From assembly GCA_963617435.1 (NCBI GenBank), contig CAVEOS010000003.1:318-64317 (forward strand): DNA of 64,000 bases. Reading direction: 5' to 3'. Below, in pieces: positions 57,367 through 64,000 of this stretch (its first letter is position 1; every line of letters starts with the position of its first letter). The position numbers and the translations under genes are program-made. The notes beneath the pieces were generated by a model. That model did no database searches. It saw only the letters and a program-made list of their open reading frames with translations, and was not told the DNA's origin. The DNA comes from Lachnospiraceae bacterium. GTDB taxonomy: Bacteria > Bacillota > Clostridia > Lachnospirales > Lachnospiraceae.

Positions 57367-58131
57367 TTATGCGGAGACGATGAGGGTGCTATAGCCTTTT
57401 TGACGGAGTTCGTCTTGCAACATGACGGCTTCGTCTAAGGTTTTGGGTTTGCCAATCCAGACACCGTAGTAGGGTTCCTCGTAGTGAATGGTGCCGTCAA
57501 AACCGAGGATCTGCAGGCGTTCTAACTGATAGGCGGCGTTGACATCGTATTTGAACAGTCCGGTCTGAACATAGTATTGCTCTGGGATTTCCTGGGCGGA
57601 GAGCGGGATGCTCTCTTCGATGCCGGCTGCGATGGCATCCACGATGTCATCGAATTTTTCGTCAAAGAGCTGATTGTCCAGATCACTGTTTAAAAAGCCG
57701 ACTTCCACGAGGACAGCGGGCATTTCGGTCTTGCGCAGAACGATCAGCCCGGGGACTTCTTCCACACCGAGATTTTTAAAACCAACCTGTTCTAACTGGC
57801 GGTTGATGTTTTCTGCGAGGGTATCTACCGTTGGATTATGCTGGTAGACAAGGGTCTGCACGCCGTTGTACAGGTTATCTTCCATGGCAGAGTTGCGGTG
57901 GAAGGAGATAAAGTATTTGCCGCCGGAGAGGTTGGCCAGTGCGGCTTTTTCTGTCGGTGAGTTATAAACGTCTGTTGTCCGTGTGTAGTAGACGTTGTAT
58001 CCGGCTTCTTTCAGTTTGGCGCCAACGGCCAGTGTCAACCGGAGTACGTCATCTTTTTCCGGGCGTCCCATGTAGGAAGCTCCGTTGTCAAAACCGCCGT
58101 GTCCGGCGTCTAAAATAATATCTACATCCAT
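57367..58131 (-). CDS. N-acetylmuramoyl-L-alanine amidase (Amidase_3) with a C-terminal SPOR-like domain
   Basis: Start at ATG 58131 after aaggggga. DAGHGGFDNGA, YFISFHRNS and PAVLVEVGFLNSD are Amidase_3 motifs. The C-terminus YYVQTGLFKYDVNA...LRQKGY is SPOR-like. Confidence 0.85.
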   Translation of the reverse strand: MDVDIILDAGHGGFDNGASYMGRPEKDDVLRLTLAVGAKLKEAGYNVYYTRTTDVYNSPTEKAALANLSGGKYFISFHRNSAMEDNLYNGVQTLVYQHNPTVDTLAENINRQLEQVGFKNLGVEEVPGLIVLRKTEMPAVLVEVGFLNSDLDNQLFDEKFDDIVDAIAAGIEESIPLSAQEIPEQYYVQTGLFKYDVNAAYQLERLQILGFDGTIHYEEPYYGVWIGKPKTLDEAVMLQDELRQKGYSTLIVSA

Positions 58132-58183
58132 AGTTTTCCCCCTTAATAAACCTGGTATCAGACCATCAGACCGAATCGGTGCA

Positions 58184-58223
58184 GGAGCAAGTAGTGAAAG
58201 CGGATTGCGAATGTCCACTTTAC
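58184..58223 (+). repeat. Rep-B repeat, copy 3
   Basis: ggagcaagtagtgaaagcggattgcgaatgtccactttac. Confidence 0.55.
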
Positions 58224-58429
58224 AATAAAATGGTCTGTCGGCCTGTATTTGTTTTTGCGTTGTTACATGTAAGTAATATATGTCTGGAATTTGGAAATAG
58301 TACATCCATTCCTCTATTTATTCAGCAGTTTCCATACGAAATAGCAGGGTTTTGTGTTGACAAGAAAACAGTTTTTTTGTATACTTTGAAAATAGAATGT
58401 TTTGATAATCAAACTAATTGGAGGGATAG

Positions 58430-59398
58430 ATGAGAGCACAGATTATAGGAACCGGCAGCTGTCTGCCGGAAAAAATAGTAACAAATGATTTTCTTTCCAC
58501 CATTGTGGATACAAGTGATGAGTGGATCAGCAGCAGAACCGGTATCCGTCAGCGCCATATTGCGGTTGAGGAAACAACGGCATCCATGTCTACAGAAGCC
58601 GGCCGAAGAGCGCTGGAGTCAGCCGGAGTCAAGGCTGATGAGCTGGATCTGATCGTTGTGGCAACCTGCACACCGGATACACTGGTACCGAATACGGCAT
58701 GTCTGGTGCAGAGCGAACTCGGTGCAGTCAATGCAGTTGCATTTGATATCAGTGCAGCTTGTTCCGGATTTGTGTTTGCATTAAACATGGTAGATGCATA
58801 CATGCAGGCAGGAATCCATAAAACGGCACTCGTGATCGGTGCTGAGACGTTGTCCCGTATCGTGGATTGGAGCGACCGTTCCACCTGCGTATTGTTTGCG
58901 GATGGTGCAGGCGCAGCCGTGGTTCGTGCGGCAGAGTGCGGCGTGATCGCATCCACACAGGGAAGTGATGGAACCCGCGGCGGTGCGATCTATGTCAAAA
59001 ACAGAGAGAATTATAATCCGTTTGTGACGGAACAGAAACCAATGGATTATCTGTACATGGACGGCGGCGAAGTATTTAAATTCGCAGTGAAAAAAGTGCC
59101 GCAGTCTATTCAGCAGACACTGGAGGCTGCAAATCTGACCACTGAGGATATTGACTGGTATCTGTTCCATCAGGCAAATGCCAGAATTACGGCAACGATC
59201 GCAAAACGTCTGAAGGTACCGAATGAGAAAATCCCGATGAATGTGGACAAATGTGGAAATACGTCCGCAGCCAGCGTGGCTATTCTTCTGGATGAAGTCA
59301 ACCGTAAAGGTTTGTTGAAAAAGGGAGACAAACTGATGCTGGCAGGATTTGGCTCTGGATTGACTTGGGGAACGATGGCAATCGAGTGGTGTATTTAA
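58430..59398 (+). CDS. fabH: beta-ketoacyl-ACP synthase III
   Basis: 322 aa with the catalytic triad contexts AACSGF, FHQAN and GNTSAAS. Confidence 0.9.
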   Translation: MRAQIIGTGSCLPEKIVTNDFLSTIVDTSDEWISSRTGIRQRHIAVEETTASMSTEAGRRALESAGVKADELDLIVVATCTPDTLVPNTACLVQSELGAVNAVAFDISAACSGFVFALNMVDAYMQAGIHKTALVIGAETLSRIVDWSDRSTCVLFADGAGAAVVRAAECGVIASTQGSDGTRGGAIYVKNRENYNPFVTEQKPMDYLYMDGGEVFKFAVKKVPQSIQQTLEAANLTTEDIDWYLFHQANARITATIAKRLKVPNEKIPMNVDKCGNTSAASVAILLDEVNRKGLLKKGDKLMLAGFGSGLTWGTMAIEWCI

Positions 59399-59473
59399 GA
59401 ACAAGATCCGAAAAAGTACATTTTTTCAGGAATCCCGCATAGATTAGTGTAAACATGATTTCGAGAGGCCTTT

Positions 59474-60745
59474 ATGCCAAATAAAAGTTTACACGCAGAA
59501 CAAACAGAAAATGTGGACAGAGGAAGGCTGCAGGTCAATGTAACATCAACATTGGGTCTGCAGCCTGTTGTGAATGCCCGTGTCAACATTTCATACACAG
59601 GAGAAAGTCAGCGGCCGTTAGAAGAACTGCGGACGGACAATTCCGGACAGACCGAGGCCGTGACGCTTGATACACCGCCAGTGGAATATTCCCAGGAACC
59701 GAATCAGCCCCAGCCGTTTTCGGAATACACCGTAACGGTGCAGGCGGACGGTTATCGTCCAGTGGAAGTATCGGCGGTGGATGTTTTTGCAAATGTGACC
59801 GCACTGCAGGAAATCCGCATGGAGCCATTAGATGTCTCTCAGGGCGAAGGGGAGGAAAATATCGTCGTTCCGCCCAACACGCTGTGGGGAGATTTTCCGC
59901 CGAAAATCCCGGAGGAAGAGGTAAAATCAGTGAATGAATCCGGGGAGATCGTGCTGAGCCGCGTGGTAATTCCTGAGTATGTGATCGTCCATGACGGACC
60001 ACCGACGGATACCCGGGCGCAGGACTACTACGTGCGTTACCGGGATTACATCAAAAATGTTGCTTCCAGCGAGATTTATTCGACCTGGCCGGAAGCAACA
60101 CTGCGGGCAAATATTCTGGCAATCATGTCCTTTGCCCTGAACCGTGTATACACCGAGTGGTACAGAGGAAAAGGATATGATTTTACCATTACATCTTCCA
60201 CGGCCTACGACCAGAAATGGTCCTTCGGACGTACAATCTTCAGCAATATTTCACGGATCGTAGATGAGATTTTTAACAATTATCTGTCCCGCCCAAACGT
60301 GCAGCAGCCGATTCTGACACAATACTGTGACGGAAAAAATGTGACCTGCAGCGGCTGGATGACTCAGTGGGGATCCCGGTATCTGGGAGATCAGGGTTAC
60401 AGTCCGATTGAAATTCTGCGCTATTATTATGGCAGCAGTATTTATATCAATTCGGCGGAAGAGATTGCAGGAATTCCGTCCTCTTGGTCGGGAACGGATC
60501 TGGCGGTTGGTTCTTCCGGCACGAAAGTACGTCAGATGCAGCAGCAGCTTGCAAGGATTTCCCAGGCGTATCCGGCCATTCTGACCATCACGGCGGATGG
60601 CATTTTCGGGGAACGTACCCGAGAAGCGGTAGAAGCCTTTCAGAGGATATTTGATCTGCCGGTGTCAGGGGTGGTGGATTTCCCGACCTGGTACAAAATT
60701 TCCCAGATTTATGTTGGTGTGACGCGGATCGCGGAATTAAATTAA
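59474..60745 (+). CDS. peptidoglycan-binding protein (SpoIID/LytB-like central region + C-terminal PG_binding_1 domain)
   Basis: 423 aa. The C-terminus GSSGTKVRQMQQQL...ADGIFGERTREAVEAFQRIFDLPVSGVVD is a PG-binding repeat. The central region YVIVHDG...YIKNVASSEIYSTWPEATLRANILAIMSFALNR is SpoIID-like. Confidence 0.6.
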   Translation: MPNKSLHAEQTENVDRGRLQVNVTSTLGLQPVVNARVNISYTGESQRPLEELRTDNSGQTEAVTLDTPPVEYSQEPNQPQPFSEYTVTVQADGYRPVEVSAVDVFANVTALQEIRMEPLDVSQGEGEENIVVPPNTLWGDFPPKIPEEEVKSVNESGEIVLSRVVIPEYVIVHDGPPTDTRAQDYYVRYRDYIKNVASSEIYSTWPEATLRANILAIMSFALNRVYTEWYRGKGYDFTITSSTAYDQKWSFGRTIFSNISRIVDEIFNNYLSRPNVQQPILTQYCDGKNVTCSGWMTQWGSRYLGDQGYSPIEILRYYYGSSIYINSAEEIAGIPSSWSGTDLAVGSSGTKVRQMQQQLARISQAYPAILTITADGIFGERTREAVEAFQRIFDLPVSGVVDFPTWYKISQIYVGVTRIAELN

Positions 60746-60754
60746 GTGAGAAAA

Positions 60755-60788
60755 TGCCGGAGAGATTATAATTCCTCTGGCATTTTTC
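60755..60788 (+). terminator. rho-independent terminator
   Basis: tgccggag ... ctctggca followed by ttttt. Confidence 0.65.
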
Positions 60789-60844
60789 TGTGATTTCATG
60801 TACAATAAGGCATAAACGACAGAAAAATAACAGAAAGAGGATAA

Positions 60845-61942
60845 ATGATGGAACAGAAAAAAAACATTATGGATTACGACACCGTTTCCTTAGATGATGA
60901 GAACAGTGCCGTAGTGATCATTGATCAGACAAAATTACCGGGAACAACAGAAATTATCGCATTAAAAACTGCACAGGAGATCTGGGATGCAATTTACCTG
61001 CTTCAGGTACGTGGCGCTCCGGCCATCGGTGTAGCAGCAGCTTACGGTATTTACGTGCTGGCAAAAGGTATGGATACAGATAACTACGACGAGTTTTACG
61101 CAGAGTTCAAGAAACAGAAAGAGTATCTGGATTCTTCCCGCCCGACAGCAGTTAACCTTTCTTGGGCATTAAACCGTATGGAGCAGGTTGTATTAAACAA
61201 CGCAGACAAGCCAGTTGCTGAGATCAAACAGCTTCTGAAAGAGGAGTCCATCGAGATTCAGGACGAGGATATCCGCGTGTGCAAAGCCATCGGTGAGTAT
61301 GGTCTGACACTGGTAAAACCGGGTGACGGAATTCTGACACACTGCAACGCAGGAAAACTTGCAACAAGCAAATATGGTACAGCAACAGCTCCAATCTATC
61401 TTGGACAGGAGCGTGGCTACAATTTCCGCGTATTTGCAGACGAGACCAGACCGCTGCTTCAGGGCGCACGTCTGACAGCTTTCGAGCTTCAGTCTTCCGG
61501 CGTTGACGTAACACTGATCTGCGACAATATGTCTGCAACTGTTATGAAAAATGGATGGGTAGACGCTATTTTCGTAGGTTGTGACCGTGTGGCAGCAAAC
61601 GGCGATACCGCAAACAAAATTGGTACTTCCGTAGTTGCAGCAGTTGCAAAACAGTACAATGTGCCGATGTACATCGCAGCACCGACATCCACCATCGATA
61701 TGAACACACCGACCGGCGATCAGATCAAGATTGAGCAGAGAAAACCGGAAGAAGTGACAGAGATGTGGTACAAAGAGCGTATGGCTCCGGAAGGTGTCAA
61801 AGTATTCAATCCGGCATTTGACGTAACAGATCATGAGCTGATCGCAGGTATCGTAACAGAGTTCGGTATCGCACGTCCTCCTTACACAGAATCTTTCAAA
61901 GAGATTTTTGCAAAAAAAGAGGCAGCTCAGAAAAATAAATAA
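60845..61942 (+). CDS. mtnA: S-methyl-5-thioribose-1-phosphate isomerase
   Basis: 365 aa. [43 protein letters not shown] and [18 protein letters not shown]. Confidence 0.9.
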   Translation: MMEQKKNIMDYDTVSLDDENSAVVIIDQTKLPGTTEIIALKTAQEIWDAIYLLQVRGAPAIGVAAAYGIYVLAKGMDTDNYDEFYAEFKKQKEYLDSSRPTAVNLSWALNRMEQVVLNNADKPVAEIKQLLKEESIEIQDEDIRVCKAIGEYGLTLVKPGDGILTHCNAGKLATSKYGTATAPIYLGQERGYNFRVFADETRPLLQGARLTAFELQSSGVDVTLICDNMSATVMKNGWVDAIFVGCDRVAANGDTANKIGTSVVAAVAKQYNVPMYIAAPTSTIDMNTPTGDQIKIEQRKPEEVTEMWYKERMAPEGVKVFNPAFDVTDHELIAGIVTEFGIARPPYTESFKEIFAKKEAAQKNK

Positions 61943-62012
61943 GTATGACAAATAGTATCATATAAATTCCTATAATCATAGTAAAATATAGGAAATAGAT
62001 GCTTCACTTTTT

Positions 62013-62041
62013 TGAAAGAGTGGGGTATAATAAGCAGTAAT
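62013..62041 (+). promoter_or_regulatory. candidate promoter upstream of the mrp-like gene
   Basis: TTCACT (62013-62018), a 17-nt spacer, then a perfect TATAAT (62036-62041). Confidence 0.4.
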
Positions 62042-62164
62042 GGTTCAGCGGAGATAAGTTTTCGGGAAAGAAAATTATTCTATGAAGCAGCGTCTGGCTG
62101 TGGAATATAATAGATCTGTGCTGGATCATTATAATGCTTATTGAGAATCACAGGAGGTATAATT

Positions 62165-63013
62165 ATGGCAGACAGTGCATGCAGCAGCTGCAGCAGTGCA
62201 GGAAGCTGTTCTTCCGAGAGCTGTGAAGGATGTCCAAGCAGCAAACAGCCGCAGAGCTTTCAGGAAAAATTAAATGAGTATTCATCTGTAAAAAAAGTAA
62301 TCGGTGTTGTCAGTGGTAAAGGTGGTGTCGGAAAATCTTTCGTAACCGCATCTTTAGCGACTGCAATGCGTAAAAAAGGATACGAAGTAGGTATTCTGGA
62401 TGCAGATATTACAGGACCGTCCATTCCGAAAATGTTTGGTGTACACGGACCGGCTATGGGCAGCGAGATGGGAATTTTACCGATCGCAGCAGAGGACGGA
62501 ACCAAGATCATGTCCATCAACTTACTGATGGAAGATGAGGAAGCTCCGGTTATCTGGAGAGGCCCGGTTATCGCAGGAACTGTAAAACAGTTCTGGAGTG
62601 ACGTAGTATGGGGCGATCTTGATTATTTATTCGTGGACATGCCGCCAGGAACCGGTGACGTTCCGCTGACTGTTTTCCAGTCTCTCCCGGTGGATGGTAT
62701 CGTGATCGTGACATCTCCGCAGGAATTGGTACAGATGATTGTAAAGAAAGCCTACAACATGGCTGGCATGATGGATATTCCGGTACTTGGTGTGGTAGAA
62801 AACTACAGCTATCTGAAATGTCCGGATTGCGGAAAAGAGATCAAACTTTTCGGCGAGAGCCACATCGATGAGGTAGCTTCCGAGCTGGCTATGCAGGTGC
62901 TTGGAAAAATGCCGCTGGATCCGGCTTATGCAGAACTGGCAGACCAGGGATTATTCTACAAAGCAGATAATCCATATCTGGAAGACGCAGTAAAGAAAAT
63001 TGAAAATATGTAA
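62165..63013 (+). CDS. Mrp/NBP35/ApbC-family Fe-S cluster carrier ATPase with a Cys-rich N-terminus
   Basis: Start at ATG 62165 after aggagg. The N-terminus is CSSCSSAGSCSSESCEGC, with a deviant Walker A (SGKGGVGKS) and a CPDCGK motif. Confidence 0.85.
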   Translation: MADSACSSCSSAGSCSSESCEGCPSSKQPQSFQEKLNEYSSVKKVIGVVSGKGGVGKSFVTASLATAMRKKGYEVGILDADITGPSIPKMFGVHGPAMGSEMGILPIAAEDGTKIMSINLLMEDEEAPVIWRGPVIAGTVKQFWSDVVWGDLDYLFVDMPPGTGDVPLTVFQSLPVDGIVIVTSPQELVQMIVKKAYNMAGMMDIPVLGVVENYSYLKCPDCGKEIKLFGESHIDEVASELAMQVLGKMPLDPAYAELADQGLFYKADNPYLEDAVKKIENM

Positions 63014-63024
63014 ATAAAAAATAT

Positions 63025-63071
63025 GCTGTCAACGACTTTTTTCTGGGGGAAGTTGACAGCACATTTTTTTT
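63025..63071 (+). terminator. rho-independent terminator
   Basis: gctgtcaac ... gttgacagc followed by acatttttttt. Confidence 0.7.
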
Positions 63072-63469
63072 GCTTTCCTTTTTTCAGAAAGTGGGCACTT
63101 TCCTGTGTCTGACAGCAGTTAGGAAGGTTACTGTCAGAACTTATATTAGGACTGGATAAAGTTGGATCACTGCCAATTCAGGCAGGATTTTGGTTCGGAC
63201 AAGTTCTTTTACTTATTCCGGTTATTATATTACAATAAAAACTGATGTCTTAAAATGACCAATAAAATAATAAAAAAAGATACCAGAATAAAACTGTGAT
63301 ATCAGTGGAAGAAATCACTATTTTAGCTTTAATTCGGTAGAATACGGAAAACAAAGGGATTTCAGAGAAAAATAGTAGGAATAAAATGAAACTGGCATCT
63401 AATTCTAACTAAGAAAAAGATACCAGTCTCGTTGTTGGATATTAAGATAGGATAAGCTGGTTAGTTTAT

Positions 63470-64000
63470 TTATTTTGCAGGATAGAATCCGCTTGGTGCA
63501 TCATTTAAGTTGATCATGATGTTCTTTGTCTGGCTGTAAGCGTCCAGAATAGCTTTGTCATTTTCACGGCCGATACCGGACTGTTTGTAACCGCCAAACG
63601 GAGCACCTTCCGGAATCTGGTTGTATGTATTGACCCACATACGGCCTGTTTCGATACTTCTTGCGACACGGAGCGCACGATGGATATCTTTGGTCCATAC
63701 GGCACCGCCGAGTCCGTAAGTAGACTGGTTGGCCAGAGCAATGACTTCGTCCTCTGTTTTAAATTTGATAACAACAGCAACCGGTCCGAAAATCTCTTCC
63801 TGAGCCACACGCATATCGTTGGTAACATTTGTGATCAGAGTCGGCTGAACGAAACTTCCTTTGTCGCAGCCGTTTTCTGTATAAAAGTCACCGCCGCATG
63901 CAATGGTTGCGCCTTCCTCCTTGGCAATCTGTACATAGGAGAGGATTTTGTCTGCCTGACGTCTGTTGATCTGAGCACCCATCTCTGTTTCCGGATTTAA
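63470..64000 (-). CDS. aldehyde dehydrogenase family protein, C-terminal part (5' end outside the window)
   Basis: EEIFGPV, GLGGAVWT and PFGGYKQSGIGRE are ALDH C-terminal motifs. The frame is open to the window edge. Confidence 0.85.
   Translation of the reverse strand, partial: LNPETEMGAQINRRQADKILSYVQIAKEEGATIACGGDFYTENGCDKGSFVQPTLITNVTNDMRVAQEEIFGPVAVVIKFKTEDEVIALANQSTYGLGGAVWTKDIHRALRVARSIETGRMWVNTYNQIPEGAPFGGYKQSGIGRENDKAILDAYSQTKNIMINLNDAPSGFYPAK

Noticed and set aside
58430-59398. fabH standing alone without other fab genes, as a possible specialised lipid or polyketide starter enzyme.
   Set aside because: It has the intact Cys-His-Asn triad and ordinary FabH sequence. The neighbouring genes are cell-wall enzymes with no biosynthetic partners, so there is nothing to support a special role from this window.
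62040-62151. Long-range pairing (ataagca-g-taatg with catta-taa-tgcttat) suggesting a structured leader upstream of the mrp-like gene.
   Set aside because: The 5' arm overlaps the perfect -10 box TATAAT (62036-62041), so it would mostly not be transcribed. The pairing is AT-rich and could be chance.
63072-63469. 400-nt AT-rich gap between convergent genes with small palindromes (tctgacag...ctgtcaga at about 63108-63138; aaaaagataccag twice).
   Set aside because: There is no coding potential and no match to the repeat families beyond the short ctgtca/tgacag motif. It is most simply a convergent terminator region or decayed sequence.

Overview
This is a 64-kb chromosomal segment that looks like a spore-forming Clostridia (Lachnospiraceae-like) genome, with about 51 credible CDS, mostly on the + strand. 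I saw no rRNA, tRNA, CRISPR array, prophage or intact IS element. Gene content in order:
- a ParE/RelE toxin-antitoxin pair at the left edge;
- a rhamnoside locus: an AraC regulator fused to a GH39-like domain, divergent from a GPH symporter and a cytoplasmic GH78 rhamnosidase;
- a cobalamin riboswitch in front of a Nik/Opp-type ABC transporter, a lone cbiK and a MATE pump;
- clpB;
- a rhamnose catabolic operon (araC-type regulator, rhaB, a FucI/AraA-superfamily isomerase, rhaD);
- housekeeping genes: ridA, an NCS2 permease, a cysteine desulfurase, rarA, an aminotransferase, ispE, murI, asnS, truA, recJ, hslO, nadE, fabH, mtnA and an mrp-type gene;
- a TetR regulator with an OYE/FadH-type flavin reductase;
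- a gerA-type germination operon plus spoIIR.

The most unusual content is not a gene cassette. It is (1) a pseudo-glycosidase fused to a transcription factor, (2) the B12-riboswitch transporter/cbiK/MATE unit, (3) apparent non-orthologous displacement of rhaA, and (4) several intergenic structured repeat families. Two of these families have a conserved core or apical loop held inside stems that differ between copies but stay complementary. No recognisable defence or other novel multi-gene system was found. All domain calls are by-eye motif recognition without database searches.
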